Source: Haliotis cracherodii (lineage: Eukaryota). Taken from it: DNA of 64,000 nt. Numbering within the stretch: position 1 is the first letter of the stretch; each line of letters opens with the position of its first letter. The DNA lies in the NCBI RefSeq assembly GCF_022045235.1, contig NW_027266297.1, positions 38,006,001-38,070,000 of the forward strand, in the 5' to 3' direction. A program made the position numbers and the translations under genes. This document shows positions 1 to 12,781 of this stretch, piece after piece. The notes below the pieces were generated by a model. That model did not search any database and was not told the origin of the DNA. It saw only the letters and a program-made list of their open reading frames with translations.

Positions 1-2548
1 CGCCAATTAACTATGTTTTCTCCCATAACAGGGCTTGATCTTCAATCGCCAGCAGTGGTTTATTCGCAGTGGTTTATTTTTTTTCACCTAATCTGATTGG
101 CTGCCTGAGAGTGGAGAGTTGTGTCATCGTGTTATGATTGGCTGGCTAAAAATAATTGACGGCACTATTTTCGGATCGGGGATACCCGAGGTCGTCTAGT
201 ACAGGAAATCCCCAGCAGGCAAAACATTACCGTAGTGACAATGTTTCCATTGCCGAAAGTTGATGACCGAAGGAAAGTTTGTGGGGGAAGAAGGGGTATG
301 ATATATGGAGATATATCACAGAATTTCGGCTTCCCAAAGTACCAGATTCAGTTGCAGAATGAGAAGACGGTAACCGAAGCGAGATACCGCATCGATATCA
401 CGGGACCAGGGGAGCAACTCCGGTACATTTTTTACTGGGCGTTTTCAAGGCTAATAACAAAGCTCATGAAACAGTTAATTAATTCATGTAAAAATACCGA
501 TGAAATAGTGAAACAAACCATATTGTTTGGTATTTATAAAAAACAACAACTGTCAACCACATAAGAAATGTCACCTTCCAACAAAGTTTTGATCTAGAGC
601 CGATCGATCAAAAACATATTTTATAGATCTATTAAATTAATCGAGACTTAAATTTCATATTTTAAGAAAATAAACACTCAGATAATTTGGATCTAGAGCA
701 ATACTCAATTTTAATGCAGGAAACGATCAATCTTTGTTGGACGGACCGTACATCTCACGACCAAGATGTTTTGCAACCACAGCAGTTGTTTCCCCTTTCA
801 ACAGGTGGAGTTTACCAAGATCAATATAATTAATGTATTTTGGCCTATAATTATTTGGTATTTTTTAAACATTAAGACTTCAATTATTTAAACATACTAT
901 CTCAGGACAATTAAGAAACTCATTATGAAAAAAACAACATTACCCCGTTAAAACTTGAATATATTAAGTCATACCTAAATCTAAATAAACTCCAGAAAGT
1001 AATATATGTATTTATATTTTTTCTTAACTATTTTGATTTATTATAGGGAGCAGACAAAATGATGAAGATAAAGATAGTGGGCACCAATCAACCTTTTTTA
1101 GGTATTTTTTTCAAAAGCAATATTCTTTTTTTTCAACAATGATGTACATTTATGCATCTTAAAATATATTGTGTATTTTAGATAGGATGAAACTCAATAT
1201 CACAGTCAATTATTTTCAGAATTTACAGACAATACAGAGTATTAAGATGTGTAGAATTAGGTTTGTCTCAAGTATATTCTTTAAACCAAAGATTTATTAT
1301 TTACCATGATTACTGAAAAAACCCACTTCTTTAGAAATGCATTAGGAATGTCTAATTTTAATTTAAATACTTTTTGCCAAAAAAAAATCACATATGAACA
1401 GGTCACTCAAATACATATTTATTATTATGTCTTGTTTTCATGAAGATAAAATGAATGTTTAAGAACATGTTAATTTTAAACTACCTTATCAGTAAGTCTT
1501 AATTCTAATCTGATAAAATAACAAAAGAATAAAGTTTGGAGGTAACTGTTGCAGTAAAATTACAATGTAAAATTACAAGGGTATCAAAATGCAAATATTT
1601 GTAGAATTACTGAAATGATAATTTATTGTTTACATACTATCCTATGTATTTATGTTTCACACACAAAAAATTATTGTGCTTGTCAAATTCACATTGTTTC
1701 TTGTCATTCACAAATATGGGGAAATTAGATGACTCATTTAGTAACATTTGGTGTCATGATGTTAAATATTATGTTCAAAAGAAAAACTGTCAACTGAAAA
1801 GGGGTTTTTTTATATCATAAAAACACATGGGCTCACAATGTTCAGGAACAAAAAAAATTGTAAAAAAGATGACATGAAATATTCATCATTTTACACATTA
1901 AATTATTCACTGTAAAACTAGTTTTAAAGAGGTAAATTCGTCCAAAAAATTTACAATCCATTGAAGGATTTGAGAAGATGTAATCAGCTGATCAGTTGCC
2001 TGAGTTGGTAATATTATAAAATCTTGCCTGATCAATCCTGCTGACAGTTCCTTTGGGCACTTGTTTTTCGTTAACAATAGTTCACAATATATAAGACAAT
2101 ATTTAATTTCCTCTTAATTGGGTTTATAACATTTGTTTCTAGCGAACAAATAAACGAATAAAGTATTTACATACACTAAAAAGTGGGCCTATTTAGTGTT
2201 GCGCATTGACAATGATAGTCACGACGAGACGAATGCAAATAAAGTTATGGGCCGAGAAATCCAAAACCATTAACAAATATCAAATCACATTACTAATTCT
2301 CAAAACGTTACCCCCATCAGCTTTTAAAAGTTAACAAAAAACATAACACGAATGCTAACAAGTGGCTTGCCTGTCACGGAAACTTCGTGTGAGTTGTCTT
2401 CGCTAGAACCTTTTTACCTGTTTATGTTACAGTTGTCTTACTGAGCATATTCGAAAACGAGGCTGGGGGGAATCCCGAGTGGTTCCTAAACACGGGAAAT
2501 CTTCAACTACGAGCTCGACTTTTTATGGCGTATTGTTATGGGAGAAAA

Positions 2549-2703
2549 AGGATTAACCACTGTGTTCGGTTGTTACCGAAAAATCTACACACTCGTGATT
2601 AATCTGTCACAATTAGAACTCGGCAAAGCCTCGTTCTAATCGTGACAGATTAATCACTCGTGTGTAGATTTTTCGGTAACAACCGAACACAGTGGTTAAT
2701 CCT
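2549..2703. repeat. Long hairpin element 1 (about 70-bp arms, TC/TC mismatches)
   Basis: Near-perfect inverted repeat with apex AAC-TC-GGCAAAGCC-TC-GTT. Confidence 0.9.
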
Positions 2704-3220
2704 CTATGTAACTAACTAGGCTTATGTTTGCTTCACATTCAGCGTGTTTATTCCACAATCACTTGTACACACCGTCTCCGACACTTGTCAATACAACTGT
2801 AAAAACAGCGGGAATTGATTTCAGCTTCACCGGTTATCACATGTTAGGTCACATGTGCAATATGCAAATGCTTACCGATACTTCCGGCTCTCGAATTACG
2901 GATGTTGATTGTTTTACCGTGTCAGGTGGTTTGACAATCTGCATCGAGGCGAGGGTCATTTCAACTTTATTTGCAGAAATTATTAAACTTTATTCAAGGA
3001 AAGAGATACAAATCATGTTTATGTATGGAAAACGTTATTGGAACAGTTATTTAGGACGAAATGCGAAGTTTTATTGTCAAATGCTGGGCTGGCTATCGGA
3101 CGCCGGTTGACATCGCCAGTGGAAAAAAATGTGAGATCTTCGACTCCGTGTATAAGACGACCCCCCTTAGCCCCCCCATTTAAGGTACGAAAAACTCGCC
3201 TTATACACAGCGATATACGG

Positions 3221-4147
3221 TACATCATTGTGTCCCCAAAGTCATGCTTTCTGTCGGTGTTGAATGTCTATTTAAACGAAAGATATACATCATTGTGTCC
3301 CCAAAGTCATGCTTTCTGTCGGTGTTGAATGTCTATTTAAACGAAAGATATACATCATTGTGTCCCCAAAGTCATGCTTTCTGTCGGTGTTGAATGTCTA
3401 TTTAAACGAAAGATGTACATCATTGTGTCCCCAAAGTCATGCTTTCTGTCGGTGTTGAATGTCTATTTAAACGAAAGATGTACATCATTGTGTCCCCAAA
3501 GTCATGCTTTCTGTCGGTGTTGAATGTCTATTTAAACGAAAGATGTACATCATTGTGTCCCCAAAGTCATGCTTTCTGTCGGTGTTGAATGTCTATTTAA
3601 ACGAAAGATATACATCATTGTGTCCCCAAAGTCATGCTTTCTGTCGGTGTTGAATGTCTATTTAAACGAAAGATATACATCATTGTGTCCCCAAAGTCAT
3701 GCTTTCTGTCGGTGTTGAATGTCTATTTAAACGAAAGATATACATCATTGTGTCCCCAAAGTCATGCTTTCTGTCGGTGTTGAATGTCTATTTAAACGAA
3801 AGATATACATCATTGTGTCCCCAAAGTCATGCTTTCTGTCGGTGTTGAATGTCTATTTAAACGAAAGATATACATCATTGTGTCCCCAAAGTCATGCTTT
3901 CTGTCGGTGTTGAATGTCTATTTAAACGAAAGATATACATCATTGTGTCCCCAAAGTCATGCTTTCTGTCGGTGTTGAATGTCTATTTAAACGAAAGATA
4001 TACATCATTGTGTCCCCAAAGTCATGGCTTTCTGTCGGTGTTGAATGTCTATTTAAACGAAAGATATACATCATTGTGTCCCCAAAGTCATGCTTTCTGT
4101 CGGTGTTGAATGTCTATTTAAATGAAAGATATACATCATTGTGTCCC
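3221..4147. repeat. 65-bp minisatellite, about 14 nearly identical copies, IFT172 intron 10
   Basis: Unit TACATCATTGTGTCCCCAAAGTCATGCTTTCTGTCGGTGTTGAATGTCTATTTAAACGAAAGATA. Confidence 0.97.
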
Positions 4148-4156
4148 ACTACTAAC

Positions 4157-4318
4157 CTCACTGAGTTTGCCAGAGGTCAGATCTCCCAGGAGGATGGTGT
4201 CCGAGGTGTGAGCCACAAGGTAGCGGTCTTTACCCATGATACGAACCTCATCAATCTCATAACCATAGAAAGACTTGAGCACCACGCGCTGGCCACTTGA
4301 CATGTTCTTCACTATCAC
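4157..4318 (-). CDS. IFT172: IFT172 exon 10 ([16 protein letters not shown]...GKLSE); gene continues beyond window start
   Basis: 162 nt, CAG acceptor, GTTAGT donor. I could not recognise the next expected exon in 1-4150. Confidence 0.95.
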
Positions 4319-4839
4319 CTGATACAGACATTACAAACAGATCAGACAAATCCATATAGACAATGAGGGAGGTGAGGTGAGGTGAAATGGCGTTTAACGT
4401 CACGTCCAATATTATTGCACTTATATAGCAACGTGCATACACATGTGTGTATGTCTGCTTGTACTAGACTGGACTGATGCCGATTTTTATGTGCTAGCTC
4501 ACTGAGATACCATACTGCAGTTTAACATGAATACCTCACTCAGCCAAATATGATATATAGTCCTCAGACCAATCTCAATCCATTCCACCAACCACATGAC
4601 ACATGACCAGTCCCTGAATTGTTAACTATGGATAATTGTGATTACCATGCCTAATTTCAGACACATTATCAACAAATTCTATCATGTGTCAAACCAAAGT
4701 GAATCTATGATAATGAGGACCTCATGATATTGAAATTTTATTTAACTTTCAGTTATCTTAAATATGCATTATCAGAAGTTGGTACTTTTTAGATCAGAGT
4801 TTTACTTGACATGGGAAATCCAACAACACAGTAATCTAC

Positions 4840-4935
4840 CTGACTCAGGCCCACGTGAGTTATTTCGAACTTGTTCTTGTAGATAGTTCTCTTCAGGCAG
4901 CAGTCAAACAACTCAACTCCTCCACACAAGGTTCC
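4840..4935 (-). CDS. IFT172: IFT172 exon 9 ([32 protein letters not shown])
   Basis: 96 nt, CAG/GTAG boundaries, near-identical to the known IFT172 sequence. Confidence 0.95.
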
Positions 4936-4957
4936 CTGTTAATCAGAAATCTCAAAA

Positions 4958-5706
4958 TTACTACACACGAGAACTACACACGGGAACTTCACACGGGAAC
5001 TTCACACGGGAACTACACACGGGAACTACACCATGTACACACGGGAACTACACACGGGAACTACACATGGGAACTACCCACGGGAACTTCACACAGGAAC
5101 TACACACGGGAACTACACCATGTACACTCAGGAACTACACATGGGAACTACACATGGGAACTTCACACGGGAACTACACACGGGAACTACACACGGGAAC
5201 TACACCATGTACACTCAGGAACTACACATGGGAACTACACATGGGAACTTCACACGGGAACTACACACGGGAACTACACACGGGAACTACACACGGGAAC
5301 TACACACGGGAACTTCACCATGTACACACAGGAACTACACATGGGAACTACACATGGGAACTACACCATGTACACTCAGGAACTACACACGGGAACTACA
5401 CACGGGAACTACACATGGGAACTACACCATGTACACACAGGAACTACACACGAAAACAACACACGGGAACTACACACGGGAACTACACATGGGAACTACA
5501 CCATGTACACACAGGAACTACACACGAAAACAACACACGGGAACTACACATGGGAACTTCACATGGGAACTACACACGGGAACTACACACGGGAACTACA
5601 CATGGGAACTACACCATGTACACATGGGAACTACACATGGGAACTACACCATGTACACACAGGAACTACACATGGGAACTACACATGGGAACTACACACG
5701 GGAACT
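4958..5706. repeat. 13-bp minisatellite (GGGAACTACACAC) with periodic CATGTACAC variants, IFT172 intron 8
   Basis: Direct inspection. The unit lacks plus-strand stops, which explains the three overlapping ORFs. Confidence 0.95.
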
Positions 5707-6781
5707 CTTACAAACATCATGAAACATTAATAGGCTGCAGAAAATGCTTTATCATGCCTCTAGATCTTTCACATTTGACAACATATGGAAACGAGCTTGA
5801 ACATGGGTTTCCAGCTTCTAAAAAACAATTCACCCGAACACATCCCAACATCACCATGGTCACCACCCAAACAAATGTAATCCTGTGCATAGCCACCAAC
5901 ATGACCTGGTCACATGAATACCCCTGCCACATCATTCTCTTTGGCAAAGCTAAGAGGCTAAAGGAGCTGTGATGAGCAGTAAAGAACAATTAATGCAGCA
6001 TACGACTTATAATTGATCTGGAAGGGGTCTCCAGCAACTTGATTCAATAAAACAGGTCGTAGCACTATGTCCCACAAACATTAACACATCTCAATAATCT
6101 CTTTAACACATCATCAAGGCTGTCAAACCGCCAAGGGAATGAAACATGCTAAGACGCAAAGAGGAATGATGAACAATATTCACGAGAGAATCTTCGAACC
6201 AATACCAGGTAGTACATGCATAAAGCAGAGGTGAGCGGGTAAGGATTCAGGAAAACATTGAAATGTCTGCGCCTTGCAGCGACTTCGATATTGAAGACCC
6301 AAATCTCTACAAACGAGATAATCCACCCTCCGATTGGGTACTCGGTCTGGGAACCAGACTAATAAAATACATTAAACACAGGAGCTTAAGTTGCAGGATT
6401 TTTTCTGTATATACAAGATACGTAGTACAAGGGAAAACTGGAGATGGTACACACATCAACTATCTGCGCTAGTGTGCAGTCGACGGTTGCTGGGATGTGT
6501 TTGGGTGAATTGTTTTTTAGAAGCTGGTAACTTTGTTCAAGCACGTGGAATGAAAGAAGAATCGAAAGAAGAAGGAAGAAATGCATAGTGTGAGATAGGA
6601 TACGTATAAAAAATTATGCAATTTCCAATACACACAATAAATACAATCATATCCAAGGCTCCATTTCACAAAGCAATCTTAGCTGTAAGACACTTGTAAC
6701 TTCAATAAATTAACATGAAACCACAACCGTCATGGCTCTAACAGCGTCTTGTGACAATATTTAATCCATCAGTTGTATTAC

Positions 6782-6905
6782 CGCAGTGACTTTGGATCCA
6801 TCTTTCTTCCAGCACAGAGACGTGATGGTGTACAGGTTAGGGATCTCCTTCAGCTTGGGCTCGTCCCACATCTGCTTCCTGGGGCTCCAGTTGAACACTC
6901 GCAGT
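6782..6905 (-). CDS. IFT172: IFT172 exon 8 ([14 protein letters not shown]...[10 protein letters not shown])
   Basis: 124 nt, phase-consistent, motif [15 protein letters not shown]. Confidence 0.95.
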
Positions 6906-7311
6906 CTGCGGAGGAGGAGGAGGACGTACATACAATAGCACTGCCACGTCATATACAAACTGATGTAACGACTTGTTGTTTATGAATCAAGGATTGTAAC
7001 CAAATAAACAGTTGTGTAACCAAATAAACAGTTGTGTACAATCAACCTGGGAAAGGAGCTTCCCTACAATAATGTATTCCTTGATGCGTAAAATACTGGA
7101 ATACAGTATTTGACTCCTGTTGGACTTGGAATATTAAATGATGCTTTGTTTTGTTTTTTTAAAATGGAAATAAAAATGAAATGTCAGTGAACTTTATGAT
7201 GATGTGGGCAGTGCCTGAGAACCAAGCCTAATATTTGTTTTAGCCTAACCTAATCAAACCTGAAATGTATACAAATCAAATCTCAGCTAACAACAAAATA
7301 ATGAATCCTAC

Positions 7312-7526
7312 CTGTCAAAACTGCCAACAACAACAGACTGTCCACTTGGGGAGCAGATGGCGGTGGTGAATTCATGCTCCTCATCGTCCCGCGTGTAGTC
7401 GAAATGCTGGAAACTACGTCCATCGCGACCGTAGGCCACGATACGCTTGTCGCAACCAGCAGCTACCACTGCATTCTGGGAGAAGGCCAGGGCGTACGGA
7501 GGACAGGAGTGGGTGCAGATCTTGCC
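7312..7526 (-). CDS. IFT172: IFT172 exon 7 ([15 protein letters not shown]...[10 protein letters not shown])
   Basis: 215 nt, TAG acceptor, GTAGG donor, motifs [19 protein letters not shown] and EFTTA. Confidence 0.95.
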
Positions 7527-8230
7527 CTACGTAAAGTCAGTGAGCATGTACAAGAAATACATGTAGAATAACAAATTTCAAGAGTTATGTCCCCTTGACC
7601 CTTTGTCAATTTCAGAAGTTGATTACAATTTGAAAGAAGCAGCGTTGCTATCATAACTGTCAATAATTAAGTCTAGACCTAATTATTAGGAATGGGTATT
7701 AGATGTTTACAGTGTATCACAATATCTTGCAATATGTATCGCGATATATTGTATAATTCTAAATTTGGAATTCAGAAGCAATCTGATACATAAAGGTATG
7801 AATTGTATTTCAAAAATGGAACAAAACAAGATGTTGGTACAACATGATGTTTACTCAGTAAATAAATACGCAGCTATCTTGGGGCCCTGGATGCATACTC
7901 CGGGGCTGCGAAGGCATTTGGCAAGTTCATAACATTAAACACATCATAAAAATCGCTATTTGAAATCACCCGATATATCGAGCATGGAAAAATGATATTG
8001 TGATACGTATCATGGAAAAAATGTACCTACAAGTTACTGATATACAGATAATACTGCACACCCTTACTAATAATGATTTGAATTTAGCCCTAACATACCA
8101 TGGAGTAACAACTACTCCCATATATATATCTGTATATAAGTGGAAGAAAGAGAGCACTTCCCTAATTTCTGTCTAAATGATGAATACCATAACCTATTTC
8201 TACGAAACCTGCATTAATGTTAAATACTAC

Positions 8231-8318
8231 CTGACTGTCACCAGAGCCTTCATCATCAAAGAAGAATCGGACGATGGAGCCATCAGCGTGTCCGGAGAGG
8301 AATCCCTTGCCAGATGGG
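8231..8318 (-). CDS. IFT172: IFT172 exon 6 ([30 protein letters not shown])
   Basis: 88 nt, phase-consistent, motif [17 protein letters not shown]. Confidence 0.95.
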
Positions 8319-8897
8319 CTGCACAGGGGAATAGGATTAGGGATTTGGGTAAATTTGACATATTTATGAAAACTGTTCTATTCAATTAGAAAAGACATGG
8401 TCAGAGTTTTGTCGTGTAGCCAGGTCAGAAACTATCCACTGACAATATATATTCACTCACTTTCAGTTTTCTGTAAGTTTCAGTGATTTCTTAGAACAAT
8501 ATTTCATAACAGTTTGAATTTGATTTTTTTTATGTTAAATTTTCAATTATGATCACTTGAATACCCATAGAAAAAATTCTCCAAAATGCTCTGGAGAAAA
8601 ATGTGTTTGTTTGTATATTGCTGTACCGGTATTTATCATCCAAAACTGGCTCCCACAGGAGATATCGCTTGGATGAGATCAAGCGATATCTACACTGTAG
8701 ATATCGCTGCAATGAAATTACATCACAATGCTTTGCAAACCATTGTGACGTCACTGGTTACCATGACGTCACAATCAAATGACATCACTTATGGCTCTGC
8801 TACTGAAGCTGTTTGCAGTACTTTTTACACTGAAGACACTGCTAATTACTGTCTACAAATTGAAAAAGTTGAAAGAATGATGTTGGATCATAAATAA

Positions 8898-9041
8898 AAT
8901 CTAACCCTCGTGTCTTTTGATATCAAATATATCAACACTCGTTGATAAAAGTGGCAAAAATCCTCGGCAAGCCTCGGAATTTTTCCACTTTTTTCAACTT
9001 GTGTTGATATATTTGATATCAAAAGACACTCGGGTGAGATT
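8898..9041. repeat. Long hairpin element 2 (TC/TC mismatches)
   Basis: Inverted arms with apex CC-TC-GGCAAGCC-TC-GG and further CTCG motifs in direct orientation in both arms. Confidence 0.88.
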
Positions 9042-9135
9042 CTCTATATGTTGACATGTTGTTTGTGTTGTTGTTGTTATCACTGCTATCCTCACAACAC
9101 CAAGGTCTGACAATATACCACTTCATGGAGAGTCA

Positions 9136-9298
9136 GAGTGAGTGAGTATACTTTTATGCCGATTTTAGCAATATTCCAACAATATCATGGCGGGGGACAC
9201 CAGAAATGGGTTTCAGACATTGTACTCATGTTGGAAATCAAACCCGGGTCTTGAGCGTGACAATGAATGCTTTGACCACTAGGCTACCCGACCGCCCC
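9136..9298 (-). mobile_element. tRNA-derived SINE, family 1
   Basis: A box TAGCCTAGTGG, B box-like GGTTTGATTTC, tail GCATAAAAGTATACTCACTCACTC. Confidence 0.85.
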
Positions 9299-9364
9299 TC
9301 TTCATTGAGAAGTGATGTCTTTGTACATCAATAACTAGAGAATGTTAGAGGCGACTGTTCTTAC

Positions 9365-9444
9365 TTTGGTGCAAGTGACACAACGTAGGACTCTGTGGAG
9401 TACACTGTTGAAGATTTATTTGTTCTAATGTTGGCTGCTCGAAC
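9365..9444 (-). CDS. IFT172: IFT172 exon 5 (VRAANIRTNKSSTVYSTESYVVSLAP)
   Basis: CAG acceptor, GTAA donor, 80 nt, matches TNKSSTIYGTESYVVSL. Confidence 0.94.
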
Positions 9445-10212
9445 CTGAAACAGAAATTTACAACTTCAGTAAACATAATAACAAAAATATAAGTCATTCT
9501 CATGTCGCTTTTGTTGAATTCAAACAGACAACAAGAAAGGTATGATGCATGTCATCGCATCCCAATTGCATAGATCGATGCTTCAGATGTCAATCACTGG
9601 ATTGTCTGGTCCAGACTGCTGTCTTATAGCTGGAATATTGCTGAGCACAACATTAAACAAACAAAATAATCTTTATTCTGATCATGTTAAAGCATGACAC
9701 ATGCAACTTTCATTCTTCTGAGCAACAAAACAACTTGTTAGTTACATTCCAAAATGGCGACTGAATATGCTAAAATGTCCTGTTGACTTTCAAAAAGAAA
9801 TGTCTCATAAACGATCTTTTTAATATCTTATGACAAGAAATGTTTACTCGCCAAACTTAATTAAAGGAGCCAGTTGGCGACTGACATGAAAATACCAGTC
9901 GCAAAATACAAAACTAGATCGCCATGGCGATCAATTTAGTCGCAACTTTAAGGCCTGCATATGTTTACTTTTTCCATGTGTTGAGATTTATTCCAATGAA
10001 CACACTATACCACAGGTCTCTCATTTCAAAATATTTACATGCTATGGTCACACTTTGTTTGCATTTAATTCAGCCATTAAGTTCACTGAAACAGGAAAAT
10101 ACTGTAAAATGAGGCCATTTATGAACGACTAAAAGTATAGAACTTTAAAAGACCCACACACACTGGTTGTCACAGCAGAATTTCTTTTTACATACAACTT
10201 CTTCATGTTTAC

Positions 10213-10318
10213 CTTTCCATCTGCCAGGCCAAAGATGATTGGTTGTTCAGCTGGCCATGTCATACACGTGACTGCACTCTGCTGGACGAACTTGTTACAA
10301 ATGACCTTCTTGTCTCCC
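10213..10318 (-). CDS. IFT172: IFT172 exon 4 (WGDKKVICNKFVQQSAVTC...GLADGK)
   Basis: 106 nt, restores frame with exon 3, motif GDKKVICNKF. Confidence 0.95.
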
Positions 10319-10926
10319 CTGAAATTTATGCCACATAACAATTAACTGCACATGCAGCCTGTTTTCCTTACTCTAAGTTGTCATTTATATGGTGAGGTGA
10401 AATGGGGTTTAACGCCGCGTCCAAGATTATTTCAAACTAGTATGTGACCAGATAAACATTTGTGTACCAGATAAACATTTGTGTACCATCAACCTTGGAA
10501 AGGGCCTCCCTACATAAACAAGCATACAAACTCCTATTGCCGCCATGACCACAACACGAGATGCACAGTAAAGCAGTGTGCATGTAAAGGGAAGTAACTG
10601 CATGCTATTATTGTATTGCATTGTTTTTAAGTAATAGGGAGGAAAATGGAAATAAAAATGAAACGTGCAGCAGACTTTTTGATGATGTGTGTGGTGACTG
10701 AGAACCAAGACAATTGTTGTGTTTAACCTTACATTATCTTTCACACTTTTCAAATAAACATGATTTGATATTTAGAGGTTATTATATGCCAAGTTTATTA
10801 TAGACAAGTGATATTTCTGACAGATGTCTAAATTTTCTCAACAATCAAATGAACAAAATGCTGAAGCAAGACATATAAACTATTAACAATTCAACAACTC
10901 ATGAACGACATTAACACACAACTCAC

Positions 10927-11039
10927 CAAGTATCACCAATCTTGTAGACATAGATGATGTTATCAGTCTGTCCAACTGCAAGTTTTGCGGAATCAGGAGA
11001 AAATGCTAGGCCTTTCACAGTGTAGCTTTTCTTCCCGTA
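10927..11039 (-). CDS. IFT172: IFT172 exon 3 ([37 protein letters not shown])
   Basis: TTTTAG acceptor, GTGAGT donor, 113 nt, IFT172 motif [13 protein letters not shown]. Confidence 0.95.
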
Positions 11040-11553
11040 CTAAAATAAACAGATAAAATGTACTCAAACTTTCATACGACCAGAGTTTTACCACATGCAA
11101 ACTATTGCTTCTGATATGCATTATCATAAAGTGAGTGAGTGAGTGAGTATGGTTTTACGCCTCTTAAATCAATATTCCAGCAATATCACGGCAGGGGACA
11201 CCAGAAATGGGCTTCACACACTATACCCATAATTTATTACCATTGAGGTTATAATTTATTACCATGTGTTCCTGGAACAGATCTCACTTTGTATTAAACT
11301 CATAAAGAAAGAAACAAGTCATAATATATTCCAGGAAAAACAAATAATCTTCTCATCACTTTAAGACATATGTATACATGGTAAAGGCAAACTGAGAAGA
11401 AAAAATTACTTTGCATTTCAACTTTCTCTGATGATCAGTGAAAAAAGTCATTATAAATAACGTAAATAGTTGCTGGTGATAATACAACATCAAGTAAAAT
11501 ACATTACATTCAGTAATACAGCCATAAATTGACAGTTAATAAATTTCCTCTAC

Positions 11554-11697
11554 CTTTGAATCTGCAGGTTTGAGAGAGAATTTGTCCCTCTTCTCGCCCT
11601 GTTCATCATATAACAAGATGACCCGATCTGATGTGCACACTGCCATCTTGTTATTGTTCAGCGCCCATGCAATTGCACAGATCTTTGCTGCCCCATC
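11554..11697 (-). CDS. IFT172: IFT172 exon 2 ([11 protein letters not shown]...[10 protein letters not shown])
   Basis: AG/GT-bounded 144-nt exon. The WD40 sequence is near-identical to the IFT172 N-terminal beta-propeller. Confidence 0.95.
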
Positions 11698-11939
11698 CTT
11701 TTTAAAAAAATGTAACATCATGGTTATGAGTAATAGGCTTGTAATGGCTGTAGTTGAATTCATGACCAAGCCAATTTGTAGCCACTCACAACTAGTAGAC
11801 AAAATTCATGGTGAACTCACAGACAAAATCAATACAATTGAGATGTAGACAAAGTAGTCGGATTTGGAGGATTCCGAGACACCAGGGATAACAGAAAAGT
11901 ATGCAGACATTTCACAAACAAGAAATCCATAATCCAGTT

Positions 11940-12077
11940 GTGTTGCATTAGCCAGCGATAAATGGCCGCTGATACCCTAGTGCTGCACTGAAGGTGCTCC
12001 CACTGGCCACAACTGTCACATACAAGTCTATGTTGTCTCTTTCTAACTTCTGTCTCGCATGTAACACAGTTTGCCAT
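11940..12077 (-). pseudogene. PHD-finger-like fragment, probably transposon-derived, IFT172 intron 1
   Basis: CVTC...CDSCGQWEHLQC cysteine/histidine spacing, no supporting gene structure. Confidence 0.5.
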
Positions 12078-12781
12078 TTCGACTTGAATGATATGCAAGT
12101 TCTGCCAGTTATCTTTAAAGACATAAATGCGGAAGCTCTAATTGATCTCCTATGAAAACAGCTTCGATCTCAGCCTGATTAGGAGTAATCCCATACTCCA
12201 GTCACCAATTTATGATCCTCTTGTCCTTCTCAGTTTGGATATACTTTATTCAATTCAAACATTGGAAATGCTTCTGCGAATTCACTCCTAGGTTGTTTAC
12301 GAATTTACCATAAATTGTGTCTACAAGTTGGTGCTATCTAAGAATATAACGTGATAAATGATTGCAGTAATACAGAACTAATCTTTATCATTGTTCACAT
12401 GTTTCAAATATATACTCAAATGCAATCATCAACTTAAAGCAAAAGAAAAAATAGTAAGAATTCCATCATAATCTAGCATATGAAATGGCATGTAAATCTG
12501 TTCCTAAGGCCAAATGTTTACAAGTCAGGCTAATGTTACAATTTGCTCGATAAATAACTGACAATTACATGCTATGTTATGTTCACTTAAACTACTTGGG
12601 TCTTCCTTATCAAAATTATAGATGGTAAACAAATCAATTAACAATCTCCATCTTAAATCACTTATGACATACACAGGTTGTGTCCATGTATTGGACAGTT
12701 AACTAGTTAAACAGTTGGTAAATATGAAAATATCCACGTCTAGAAAATGTAACAACTGTTTACAAAGTTCAGAAATATTAC

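Noticed and set aside
235-564. 109-aa ORF
   Set aside because: No recognisable domain or IFT172 similarity, and it lies within a repeat-like segment.
3221-4147. CRISPR-like array
   Set aside because: Units are contiguous with no unique spacers, in a eukaryotic intron.
4855-5972. Three long overlapping His/Thr/Gly-rich ORFs (291, 229, 301 aa)
   Set aside because: Artefacts of a stop-free 13-bp minisatellite inside an IFT172 intron, open in all three plus frames.
6930-7260. Similarity to 10460-10730 as a possible duplicated exon
   Set aside because: Non-coding with no splice-consistent frame, best explained as a dispersed repeat.
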